Source: Azolla caroliniana
Lineage: Eukaryota > Plantae > Polypodiophyta
Length of the DNA stretch: 64,000 bases
Reading direction: 5' to 3'
Assembly (NCBI GenBank): GCA_043228905.1
Contig: JBHGNT010000015.1
Span: forward strand, 5,208,001 to 5,272,000
Shown here: positions 22,342 through 33,787 of the stretch, one piece after another
Layout: each line of letters starts with the position of its first letter
Numbering within the stretch: position 1 is the first letter of the stretch
Translations under genes and position numbers: made by a program
Notes under the pieces: model-generated
Told to the model about the DNA's origin: nothing
The model's database searches: none
What the model saw: only the letters and a program-made list of their open reading frames with translations

Positions 22342-22620
22342 TTGAGGGTGGTCGGACACCATAATCGACCTATGATAGATAGGCTTCGTATATTCAGATG
22401 TGAAGCTTACGCATTTATCCCCAAGGAGAAAAGGACCAAGTTGGCACCCCATGCAAATGCATATTTCTCGGTTATGGAACCGATGGGGATTTCGGCTATC
22501 GCCTACGGGACCCAGAGAATCGGAAATTGATTTGAAGCGGTGATGTAGTCTTCAATGAAGACTTTATCCTCTTTGAGTGGAACCAGCAAAAAATAGCGGG
22601 CAAAAAGTTCTCTTTCAAAA
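22342..22620 (+). pseudogene. Short copia integrase C-terminal fragment
   Basis: LRIFRCEAYAFIPKEKRTKLAP, compared with LRIFGCEAYALIPKDDRRKLAP in element E. Confidence 0.7.
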
Positions 22621-24775
22621 TCGACCAAGAAGTAGTAGAAAGTCTGACCCACCAGGCTGACTCAGAGATTCAACAAATAGTTGACCAAGCTGACAATACA
22701 CCTACTGACTCTGAATCAGTAGGAGGTCCACTAGTCGAACTCGAAGACAAAGCCATCAATGACAAAGCCAAATCGACGAGAGTCGAAAAAGGAAAAGTTG
22801 ACAAGATGCGAGTTGACCCGACCGAGACACCCAAGGCCAAAGGGAAAAACAGATCCGTGTCGGCTAAATCTCTCAATCCCGAAGCAGGGGAGAATGTGGT
22901 GACATCCCCGAGATCCTATCATAGGGGCGAGTCATCCAAAAGGACTCCTAATATAAGTGGTTCAACAAATGTCATCGGCCGATAGAGATGATCAAAGGGT
23001 TTGAACCGATCATTATGACAGTCAGGAGATCTGGACGCAATTGAAGGCTGACAAAGTTCTATCAATCGGGCCTTGACTACGTCAACTACACGGATGCAGA
23101 CAAAGGTAATAATCGAGACAGACTGCCTACCTATCCTAGGTATGGTTTCGGAATGCACAACTCCGGACCTAGCTATGCTCAGGTGGATCGTGTACATCAA
23201 GTCCCTGAATCCGGTGATACGGCACATCACCGGGAAAGACAATGCCATGGCCGACATGCTTTCGAGAGCGCGGTTCGACGACGAGGACAACATGGTTTCT
23301 GAAGATGAAGAAGTCGGCGTAGACTTCTTCGAGTCGGCTCGCATATGGCAAGGGAGGGGAGCACTCCGGCACTCAGTGAGTTCAACGAGAATGAGTGCGA
23401 TGAGGAGTGGCTCTAGATCGGTAAGTTCTTAAAAACGTTAACACCAGACACGACATGGACAAAAGACGAGGCGAATAGGATCCGGAAGAAGGCGTACCGG
23501 TTCTTCCTGTGGAATGGGAGTATATGGAGGCACCCGAAGAAGCATAACGACGTTCCGCTCCGCGTAGTCGTGAGGAAGGAAGAGCAAGAGGCGATATTGT
23601 CAGCATATCACGAGAGTCCTTGGGCCGGACACCGCGGAACGTGGGCCACGTTTGAGAAGCTGAAGGAGAAATATTGGTGGTCGGGGATGTATCGGGACAC
23701 GCATCGGTTCGTGACGACCTGCGAGAGCTGCCAGATGCATTCCACGATCCGGCACAGAGACGAGTTGCACCCGACCTACCCGACGACCGTCCATTTCAAA
23801 TGGATGGTGGACTTAGTGATTATGGTGATGCGGATTGGGCAGATGCGGTATTTGGTGCTTGTGCGAGAAGACCTAACGAACCATGTGGAGGGTCGTGCGC
23901 TGCAGAACAAGACGACAGCGGCCATGTGTCGGTTCCTGATCGAGGAGGTGATTTGCCGGTACGACTGCGTAGGGAAGATCGTGGCTGACCGAGGAGAGTT
24001 GGACACGCAAGAGGCCAAAGAGTTGTTCGGACAGTTAGGGGTAAAACTCTCCCTCACTACGACATACAATCCGGAGGCGAACAGGAAGATAGAGCGCGGA
24101 CACGGGCCAATCGTAAAGGCGTTAGTACGGGCGTGCAAGGGGCAAGTTGGGAATTGGCCGCAGCTCCTACCTTATGCATTATGGGCGGACCAAACTACGC
24201 ACAACTCGGTGACCGGGTTCATGCCGGCAGAGTTGATGTACGGGCAGAAGCCGATCATGCCGATGGAGCAGATGATTTCTTCGTGGGCAGCAATCGATTG
24301 GGCAGACGAAATGAATCAGGAGGAGTTATTGGCGGCGTGGATTCGCTAGCTCGAGCGGAGGCCGGAGGACGTGGAACGGATGAAGGCGAAATTGTATGCC
24401 GCGCGGAAGAACAAGGTTTGGTTCGACTAGAAACACCGGCTAAGACCGAAGAAGATCAAGGAAGGTGACTGGGTGTTGGTTTACGATAGCAGCCTTGACA
24501 ACCAACATAAGGCGACACGGAAATTCGCAAGGAGATGGTTCGGGACCTACATCTTGACGAGAGCGAATGACAATGCCACGTACCATCTTGCGAAGCTCGA
24601 CGAAACATGGATGACGGTACCAGTTGTGGGAAAACGGATCAAGGCATTCAAGAAACGGTGCGAGGACGAGCCGGACCCAGGTTGCGAAGACGAGAATAAC
24701 GGCCCAAGAAGAGCGGACGAAGGTGGGAAGGTCGACGGATCGGAGGACGACGAGTGACAAATGGCTGGTTCTTCC

Positions 24776-24826
<51 letters not shown>

Positions 24827-24865
24827 CGCATACCGGTGGACGTGCGGTTTGGTGGGGGTGGATGT

Positions 24866-27800
24866 TGTCGAATACAAGTGTATAATGGACGTATTCACAC
24901 TATCCCTTTGTATAGCTCAAGTTTGGGCCATTTGTGTAATTAGCATAAATGGTAGTTGCCCTAAGTTTGTCACTATATAAAGTGACCTAGTAACCTTTTT
25001 GTAAGGTTGGTTGTATTATTGTTTCTATTGAATAGAAAGAGTCTTTTGTGCCTCCTCTCTCTCTCTCTCTCTATCTCTGTGCACGATCTTAGAAACAGTC
25101 ATACGCAGGTACTCAACCCCAATCGAATGCTACTTGATCTTCCGCATTGACGGCCTTGTCTTCAACATTTGGTATCAGAGCGAGGTCCCTCAACCCGCTG
25201 TCGGCCGTCGTCTCAGCCTGCACAGCATTCGATTCTTCGCTTCATCACAGCCTGCACAGTATTCGGCCTTTCGCTTCATCCTAGTCTACAAAGCATTCGG
25301 TTTCTTGCGTCATTCGAAGAAACAGAGAAGAAAGTAGGCAAACACAAGCTTGAATCTCGCTGCGTTAGATCATCACTCGGAGTAAGCCAGTCGGTTGTAC
25401 TCTACTTCCTTGATCGTAACTGCTTGAGGTGGGCTTCCTGCACAACGACGACTTCAAGGACAACCCCAGTTCGTGTTTCATTCGATTGGACAATAATCGG
25501 AAGGACCAGTCGGTTCCATTGCTCTCACCGTTGCAGTCAACCGAAACCGAATCGGCTTGAAGTACTGTCGGATCGTTAAATCTAGGTTCAACTCGACTAA
25601 GACAGCTGTCGGTAGTCAATCCGAACCAAATCCCCGATTCTCCGTAATCAACATCACTTGTGTCCAACTTCGGCTAGAACGACACTGAGTGGGCCAAACC
25701 GCTGCACTTCACCAAAGTTCGTAGCCGACTGAGGGTAGAGTCATGACATCAACATCCGGCTCGTCAGAAATGAGTCTACGAAAGTTCGATGGATCGAACT
25801 TCAACTTCTGGAAGGAGCAAATGCAGGACTATCTCATAGTCAAGGGGCAAATCGATCCCATCGAAAATGAAGCACCCCCAGAAGGATACAAACCAATTGA
25901 GTGGCAGAAGCTGGACAGAATCGTCCGCGCCACGATTCGGATGCACCTATCGGAATCGGTATACTTTACGGTGCAATCGTGTACGACAGCATTCGAACTG
26001 TGGAAAACACTGTCGGACACCTACGAAAAGAAGGTCGCTGCAACGAAGATGTTTCTGATTCGGCGCCTCTACAACTTGCGGATGAAAGAATCAGATTCGG
26101 TTCAAGCACATCTGAATGAGTACGAAAGCATAAGCTCCCAAATCTCATCTCAGGGGACGGCAATCGAGGATGAACTCAGAGCAATGATACTCATGAGCAG
26201 CCTTCCCTCATCATGGGAAACTTTCGTCACAACCGTGTGCAACGCGTCAACCACGGCTGTTAAATACTCCGAAGTCACGAGCGCAATCCTGACCGAAGCA
26301 GCTCGGAGAAAGTCTTTCGCCAAAGACTCAACAGACGACGCTTATGTAGTACAAGGTTCGACAGACCGATCGAACATACGAGGAAGAGATTCCTCACGGC
26401 AGCCGAACAATCAGCGAAGACGGAGCCAGTCACGGGATAATCGAATCTGCAACTATTGCAAGAAACCCGGACACATCAAAGCCGACTGCCGCGCACTCAA
26501 GAACAAGAACGACAAGTCTCAGAAATCAGACAAGAAGAGTGGCCGGCATGAGGAGATCAATTACGTCAGCTTCTCAGCTGATGTGCTACCAAACGACCCG
26601 AATATACTATCAATCGAAAATCCAGTCGGATCAGAAGTTCTGCTCACGACTGAAGAATCGAGCACATGGCTCTTAGATTCGGGCGCGTCATTTCACGTGA
26701 CTCCTCATCGATCCCAATTTCGGCAATATACGATCCGTCACTCCGACTCAGTTCGAGTCGGCAACTCGCAACACTGTGACATCATTGGAATCGGCACAGT
26801 AGAGCTCAACCTTGCAGGTGGCTCTACACTTGTACTTCACAATGTCCGACATGTACCCGAGCTCTCAAGGCCATTGATCTCAGTCGGACAACTAGATGAA
26901 GACGGCATTCGTGCCGGTTTTTCTTCAGGAGGGTGGACACTCCACAGGGGGAACCTCCTGCTTGCTAGAGGACCCAAGATACACTCACTGTATCCGTTAC
27001 ATGTTACGCTCAGAGAGGGTAACCTGTTTTTGGTGGATATTCCTGTGTCATCACTATGGCACAGAAGATTAGGACACCTCAGCAAGGCCGGCATTACGCA
27101 CCTATCTAGAGCCGGATACATCCCTAAACTCTCCTTCTCGGATCATCAATTCTGCGAACATTGCCAGTATGGCAAACAAGCAGCCGCATCACACCCGACA
27201 TCAGCCCCAAGAGAAACGAGACCTCTCGATTTAGTCCACTCGGACGTCTGTGGCCCAATGCCGCATCAGTCTCTCGGCGGTGCCTCTTACTTCGTCAGTT
27301 TTATTGACGATTCGACTCGAAAGGTGTGGGCTTATCCAATTCGCACCAAAGATCGTGTCTTCTCGATCTTCTCCGATTGGCTCGCTATGGTAGAAAATCA
27401 AACTGACCGAAAACTGAAATGCTTTCGGACCGACAATGGGGGAGAGTTCAAATCAGAAGAATTCGTCAAATTCTGCCGACAACGCGGCATCCGACGTGAA
27501 TTTACGGCACCACACAGTCCGGAGCAAAACGGGATTGCAGAACGCATGAATCGGACAATCCAAGAACGGATAGTTTCCATGCTCCAACACTCCGGACTGT
27601 CGGATGGCTTCTGGGCAGAGGCTCTACTCACGGCAGTACACATAATCAATATGTCGCCAAGCAGACCTCTAGGACTTCAAATTCCTCAGGAACTATGGAT
27701 CGGCAGTAAGCCGAATTACGACAAGCTGAGGATCTTCGGATGCGAGGCGTACGCCCTTATTCCGAAAGATGATCGCCGAAAACTTGCACCTCGGTCCAGG

Positions 27801-30269
27801 AAATGCATTTTCCTTGGATATGGATCAGACGGCGAAATGGGATACCGACTCTGGGACCCCGAACGCAGACAAATCGTTCGAAGTTCGGACGTTGTGTTCA
27901 ACGAGTCGGCTATGAATCCATCAGTCGAAACACCGATCGAAGTCCGAAGGGTAACATTTTCCGATGTGCCGACCCTTCAAGAAGGCCCCGCTCTTAACAC
28001 ACGGTCAGCTTCACGGGTAGCTGAACCTTACACTACCGACTCGGACAACTCTGACTCGGCACAGCAGAATAATTCGCTTTCGGACCATCCGACCTCGATA
28101 CCCGATACGACCAGTCCAATCATACCTCGACGATCCGAGAGACTGTCGCAACCTCCGGAGAGGTATTCTCCTGGAATTTTCTTCACCGACGCCGGCGAAC
28201 CGACGTCTTACGAAGAAGCATCGACATCTGTCGATTCAGCCACCTGGCATCTGGCGATGGAGTCGGAAATGCACTCCATTCGGGCAAACAAGACTTGGGA
28301 TCTGGTCGAATTACCTAAGAATCGACGTGCTCTTCCTTGCAAGTGGGTTTATCGACTAAAAGAGACGTCTGATTCGACCACCCCAAAGTACAAGGCCAGA
28401 TTAGTTGCGAAGGGCTTCCGACAAGAATATGGCGTCGACTTCGACGAGATTTTTTCACCAGTGGTGAAAATGACAACCCTTTGTTTTCTACTCGGCGTAG
28501 TGGCAGCCGACAACTTGGAGCTGATTCAGCTAGATGTCAAAACAGCCTTCCTCCATGGTGATCTTGAAGAGGAAATTTATATGGAGCAGCCAAAAGGCTT
28601 CGTGGCAACTGGCCAAGAACATCTAGTCTGCCGACTCAGGAAGAGTCTATACGGCCTCAAACAGGCACCGCGACAATGGTACAAGAAGTTCGACGACTTC
28701 ATCCAATCGATCGGCTTCTCAAAAAGCGATGAGGACCATTGTCTTTTTACCAACACAGCTCAAGATGGATCACCCATCTTCCTCATCATTTACGTGGACG
28801 ACATGCTAATTTCTGGACGCCACGCGGGCGAACTTGCCGATCTCATTCGGCAATTGCGGTTGAAGTTTGCCATGAAGGACCTCGGTCCGGCACGACACAT
28901 ACTTGGCATGAAGATTAGTCGGCATCGCGATAAACGACATCTTTTTTTGTCTCAGACCGACTATATCGGACGTGTCTTGGAACGCTTCAACATGCAATCA
29001 GCCAAATCTGCTTCAACCCCGCTCCCCATGAATCTTCGGCTCTCTCAGCGAGACTGCCCGACATCCGGTCCGGAGGGGGAAGATATGAAGTCGGTACCGT
29101 ATGCACCGGCAGTCGGCTCCCTTATGTACCTGATGGTCGCGACACGGCCTGATATCTCTCATGCCGTAGGAGTCGTTAGCAGATTTATGCACAATCCTGG
29201 CCGATCGCATTGGAACGCAGTCAAGCATGTGTTCAGATATCTGGCTGGCACAAAAGACCACGGCATTCTTTTCGGTCCGAACTCAACCTCAGGCGTAGTC
29301 GGTTACACCGACTCGGACTTCGCCGGCTGTATAGACAGTCGGAAATCAACAACTGGATACTGCTTCAAATTCGGCAATGGAGCAATTTCGTGGAAGTCGA
29401 AACTTCAGGAGTGCACAGCGACCTCAACGACCGAAGCAGAATATGTAGCTGCGTCCGACGCTGCAAAAGAAGCTTTGTGGCTCGGCCGGCTGGCGCACAC
29501 GTTTCGACAAGTCGACCATGACTCGGCCCCAGTTGTCTATAGCGACAGTCAAGGTGTTGTTGCCTTGTCGAAAAATCCGGTTCACCACAACGCCTCCAAA
29601 CATATCGACGTTCGATATCACTTCGTTCGGGACTGCGTCATTTCAGGGAAAATCGGTCTAGAGAAAATATCCACAACCGACAATGTCGCAGATGGAATGA
29701 CCAAGTGTCTTTCGGCAGACCGCTTTCGGTCCCTTCGGCATCAGATGGGCGTAACTACAAACCAGTCCGGTTAGAGCCGGACACAGCGCAGGATGGTTTC
29801 AGACAACCGACATCAGTTCCTTAATGATCGGCTTCAACTCTTCCGACCCGACCAGTCCGGCCTTCTGCCTTCGGACCCTGCCGACTCGAACAAAACTGAT
29901 ATGTCCGAGAACCTAGGTTTATACCTGTAATCTTAGATAACCCATGTATACGCCCATTACGGGGGAGTGTCGAATACAAGTGTATAATGGACGTATTCAC
30001 ACTATCCCTTTGTATAGCTCAAGTTTGGGCCATTTGTGTAATTAGCATAAATGGTAGTTGCCCTAAGTTTGTCACTATATAAAGTGACCTAGTAACCTTT
30101 TTGTAAGGTTGGTTGTATTATTGTTTCTATTGAATAGAAAGAGTCTTTTGTGCCTCCTCTCTCTCTCTCTCTCTATCTCTGTGCACGATCTTAGAAACTG
30201 TCATACGCAGGTACTCAACCCCAATCGAATGCTACTTGATCTTCCGCATTGACGGCCTTGTCTTCAACA
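24866..30269 (+). mobile_element. Intact Ty1/copia element E: 302-bp LTRs 24866-25167 and 29968-30269, TSD GATGT, tRNA-iMet PBS 25170-25181, PPT ending 29967
   Basis: TG...CA LTRs differing at one site seen by eye, perfect 5-bp TSD, single uninterrupted polyprotein. Confidence 0.98.
25743..29774 (+). CDS. Copia gag-pol polyprotein (gag, CCHC knuckle, protease, integrase, RT, RNase H), 1343 aa
   Basis: CNYCKKPGHIKADC, WLLDSGAS, LWHRRLGH, RTDNGGEF, QLDVKTAFLHG, IYVDDML, YTDSDFAG and KHIDVRYHFVR, in copia domain order. Confidence 0.97.
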   Translation: MTSTSGSSEMSLRKFDGSNFNFWKEQMQDYLIVKGQIDPIENEAPPEGYKPIEWQKLDRIVRATIRMHLSESVYFTVQSCTTAFELWKTLSDTYEKKVAATKMFLIRRLYNLRMKESDSVQAHLNEYESISSQISSQGTAIEDELRAMILMSSLPSSWETFVTTVCNASTTAVKYSEVTSAILTEAARRKSFAKDSTDDAYVVQGSTDRSNIRGRDSSRQPNNQRRRSQSRDNRICNYCKKPGHIKADCRALKNKNDKSQKSDKKSGRHEEINYVSFSADVLPNDPNILSIENPVGSEVLLTTEESSTWLLDSGASFHVTPHRSQFRQYTIRHSDSVRVGNSQHCDIIGIGTVELNLAGGSTLVLHNVRHVPELSRPLISVGQLDEDGIRAGFSSGGWTLHRGNLLLARGPKIHSLYPLHVTLREGNLFLVDIPVSSLWHRRLGHLSKAGITHLSRAGYIPKLSFSDHQFCEHCQYGKQAAASHPTSAPRETRPLDLVHSDVCGPMPHQSLGGASYFVSFIDDSTRKVWAYPIRTKDRVFSIFSDWLAMVENQTDRKLKCFRTDNGGEFKSEEFVKFCRQRGIRREFTAPHSPEQNGIAERMNRTIQERIVSMLQHSGLSDGFWAEALLTAVHIINMSPSRPLGLQIPQELWIGSKPNYDKLRIFGCEAYALIPKDDRRKLAPRSRKCIFLGYGSDGEMGYRLWDPERRQIVRSSDVVFNESAMNPSVETPIEVRRVTFSDVPTLQEGPALNTRSASRVAEPYTTDSDNSDSAQQNNSLSDHPTSIPDTTSPIIPRRSERLSQPPERYSPGIFFTDAGEPTSYEEASTSVDSATWHLAMESEMHSIRANKTWDLVELPKNRRALPCKWVYRLKETSDSTTPKYKARLVAKGFRQEYGVDFDEIFSPVVKMTTLCFLLGVVAADNLELIQLDVKTAFLHGDLEEEIYMEQPKGFVATGQEHLVCRLRKSLYGLKQAPRQWYKKFDDFIQSIGFSKSDEDHCLFTNTAQDGSPIFLIIYVDDMLISGRHAGELADLIRQLRLKFAMKDLGPARHILGMKISRHRDKRHLFLSQTDYIGRVLERFNMQSAKSASTPLPMNLRLSQRDCPTSGPEGEDMKSVPYAPAVGSLMYLMVATRPDISHAVGVVSRFMHNPGRSHWNAVKHVFRYLAGTKDHGILFGPNSTSGVVGYTDSDFAGCIDSRKSTTGYCFKFGNGAISWKSKLQECTATSTTEAEYVAASDAAKEALWLGRLAHTFRQVDHDSAPVVYSDSQGVVALSKNPVHHNASKHIDVRYHFVRDCVISGKIGLEKISTTDNVADGMTKCLSADRFRSLRHQMGVTTNQSG

Positions 30270-32315
30270 GATGTTGTGGGGAAAACCGGCTACAAGAAGA
30301 AACGGAGACCAAAGACGTGTGAACCGCAGCGTGCACGGATGCACACTAATTATAAACTATGCTTGTAAATAACCTAGGACTAGGCTAGGTTGGCGTGACG
30401 TAGGAAACTTTAATAGGACGAATCTCTGTCCGAAACAGTAGAGAATAACTACTTGATATAACATCCCCCTCTCTCTCCTTGGTCTATAAAAGGAGGGAGA
30501 GAGGACCGACTTAGGGATCGCAAGATTTAGGAGAACGAAGTGTTGTTGGACTGGGAACCGAGCGTTGTTCTCTGTTTTCCGGACGCCTCTGTTCGTGCAC
30601 GAAGCCTGTGTGCTCCCGATAGAGGCTCCACATTGTATCTCGGAGTTGGGGTGTGTGCGTTGTTGGCTGAGTCGTGGCTCGGCTACCAGCGTGCCGGTTG
30701 TAACCTGTTTTTCTTAATTGATTGTGGTCCCCTTTTCTCTTCTAATTGTCTCTCGCGTCGCTCTAGTTTCGTCCGAGCCGGACGAGCTCTGTGTTCGCAG
30801 CACCCAACGTCTTGCACGACACGCTTTCATTGTTTCTCTCCCCCTTCTTCTCACGTTGTTTGGTCCAATACCCCTGTGGTCCCGCCTTCGTTTCTCACGG
30901 ATACGCGACACCGTGTCTTAAATCACTTCAATGAGAATCAAACACAGAAGTGGCAAGTAGGGATGAATGCACATACACCCACAAACACTGATAGAGGACA
31001 CATGATATTTACGTGGAAAACCCTAATAGGGAAAATCCACGGGAGCCCACAAACTCCAAACTATCACTATATGAGAAAGGTATAATTAGAGACTCAGAGG
31101 CAACGACCTCGAGCTCTGTTTCTTCGCCAAGCGGCAATTACAACAAAGTATTACTCTATCTCTCTCTCTCTCTCGCTCTCTATACAATATGGTCTCAACA
31201 ACAATTGACAACAACAACTAAATGATTGCCCTAAGTCATATTTATACTTATATGACTTTTAGGCTATTTACAAATATAGCCTCAATGGGCTTACTCTAAC
31301 ATATTTACAAATATGTCCCATCTTCCGGTTCTCACTGGCTCCATCCTATCTGGTTTTCGGATCTCATCTGGATCTCATCTGGGTCCTCTTGATCCCTTTC
31401 CCGGATCCCATCCTGAGGGACCAAAATTCCAACAATCTCCTCCTTCACTCTGGCATGGGATGTCTCGTCAACCCGATCCGCCTTCGGCACGCGTCCAGCT
31501 TGTCGGTTGTCAGCACCTTGGTCAACATGTCCAACATGTTCTCCTTTGTGTGAACTTTCAACAACGCAAAATCCTTGTCCTCAGTCTCTCCTAGATCCAG
31601 TGGTACCTGCGCTGGATGTGCTTTGTCCTGGAGTGGTACGCCACATTCTTTGCAAGGTGGATGACACTTTGACTGTCGCAGTAGAGCCGATATTCCTCTT
31701 GTCGGATCCCTAGCTCTTCAATGAAGTTCTTCATCCAGATTACCTCCTTGCCGGCTTCCACCACTACCATATACTCCGCCTCTGTAGTTGACAACGCAAC
31801 CGTCTTCTATAGCCTCGACTGCCACGATACAACTCCCCCTGCATAAGCCATGACATATCCGGATGTGGACCGGCTGGTATCTGCATTAGCCGACATATCC
31901 GAATCCGTGAATCCGTCGAGTTGGGGTTTACTGGAGCCAAACGGGAGGCACATACTCGAGGTGCCTTTCAAATACCAGAGTATCCACTTGATCGCATTCC
32001 ATTGCTCTCTTCCCGGATTGCTCATGAACTGACTCACCACTCCGACAACATATCCAATATCCGGCCGGGTACACACCATTGTATACATCAAGCTCCCAAC
32101 CGCAGAGGCATATGGTATCTTCATCATATCTGTCTTCTTTGCCTTTGTCTTCAGGTTTTGCATTCCAAATAGCTTGCAGTTTGTCGGAAGTGACGATCCG
32201 ACCGGTTTTGCATCCGACATGTTGAACCGTTGAAGCACCTTCGTCATGTACTTTTCATGTGACAACCACAACAACTTCTTCGACCGGTCCCGGAGGATGT
32301 GCACTCCCAATATCT

Positions 32316-32774
32316 TGTTAGGAAACAAGTCCCTTCGGATGGGAAGTGAGAAGAACCGAATAGCCAACACGGAAGGCTAAACTTGTAAATAGTCGAATGG
32401 TTACATTAGTATATAAGTACTTAGGGCAATCATGTTAGACAGGCGCATTATTGTAAAGTTACTGTTGACGAGATTGTTGCCTCTATAACTGTGAGAGTGA
32501 ACGAGTGTGAGTGGAAGCGTGTGAGCTCCATAGCCGCCTGTTGGTGAAGCAGGATCTCGAGGTCGTTGCCTCTGAGATCTCTGATTGTATTCCTTTTTCT
32601 CTCATAGTGTTCTGTTTCGAAGTTTGTGGACTCCACGTGCTTTTTCCCAGTTCAGGTTTCCACGTTAAAATCTGTGTCATTCTCAGTTTCTGTATTCTGT
32701 TTTTCCTTTCCATTAGATTGACTATTATTCCGCACACGCAAAACCGGTTGTGGCCGGCAACGATTTTAACTTCA
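32316..32774 (+). mobile_element. Solo LTR inserted in RT of element D (TSD TATCT)
   Basis: tatct|tgttagg...ttca|tatct. Related to the 9698-10991 LTR. Confidence 0.82.
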
Positions 32775-33484
32775 TATCTATCTTGCTAAGAAGGTCTGGT
32801 TCAGAGCCTTCTTCAGCATCTGTATCTTGACTTGGTCTCTCCGACGATCAACATATCATCCACATACAGGAGGAGTATTAGGAAATATCCTCCGTCAAAT
32901 TCCTTCACAAACACGTAGTGATCAGCCTACGTCTTGTGGTACCCTTGGTCGGTCATGAAGGAGTTGAACGTCCGGCACCATTGCCCGGGGGCTTGCTTCA
33001 ATCCGTATAGGCTCTTCCTCAACCAGCACACCAGGTGCTCCTTCCCTTTCTTCACAAATCCTTCTGGTTGCTGCATGTAGATCTCCTCTTCGAGGTCACC
33101 ATGGAGGAACGCAGTCTTGACGTCTAGTTCCTCTACCTCGAGGTCCATGCTTGCCGCTATGCTCAACACCGTCCGGATGGAAGTCATCTTAATTACCTGG
33201 GCAAAGATCTCATCGAAGTCCACTCCCTTCTTCTGCTAGAAACCCTTCACTACAATTCGGGCTTTGTATCTCGATAGGTTTTAGCTTGTACACCCACTTG
33301 TTCCAGAGTGCTCTCGTCCCTTTTGGCAACTCCGTCAGTTCATATGTGTGGTTCTCATGCAAGGAATCCATCTCATCCTGCATGGCACTCAACCACTTGT
33401 GGCTATGGGTGTCTCTCTTTGCTTCTTCGAAGCTTTTCGACCCCCCCTGATCGGTTAGCAACACATGCTCTGCATCTGGAAATC

Positions 33485-33787
33485 GGTTAGAAACACAGAG
33501 AATACGCAAGGTAAAAGTATATTGACAAAGGAGAAAGACTCAACATTATACAAGGTGGGAGGAGGGTGCTTTATGTAGTCACCCTCTCTCTTCATTAACT
33601 ACAAGACTCATGGAGCATGGGGAATGTGAAAGCTCATAAGTTATGTGTCATAGAATATGATTCTATGACTCATACTAAATGCTAGAATACAAGGTGGTGA
33701 CATAATGGTGACTCTTGACCGTTGAGGTGTCTCTTCACTCTCAAGGTGAGTTCACACACTAGACCAAGTTGAGCTTGATTCTCAACA
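33485..33787 (-). mobile_element. LTR of the element C family inside element D
   Basis: 33502-33787 is nearly identical to 14308-14592. No TSD, and flanking D sequence is deleted. Confidence 0.85.

Larger units (their letters stand above)
23040..30910 (+). mobile_element. Ty3/gypsy element F, 3' part: RNase H-integrase 23073-24757, PPT ~24851-24862, 3' LTR (split by E) continuing 30275-30910
   Basis: IETDCLP...HITGKDNAMADMLSR (RNase H), H-x5-GH...CESC integrase zinc finger, YNPEANRKIER. Purine tract followed by TG. LTR end gcgaca at 30910. Confidence 0.75.
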
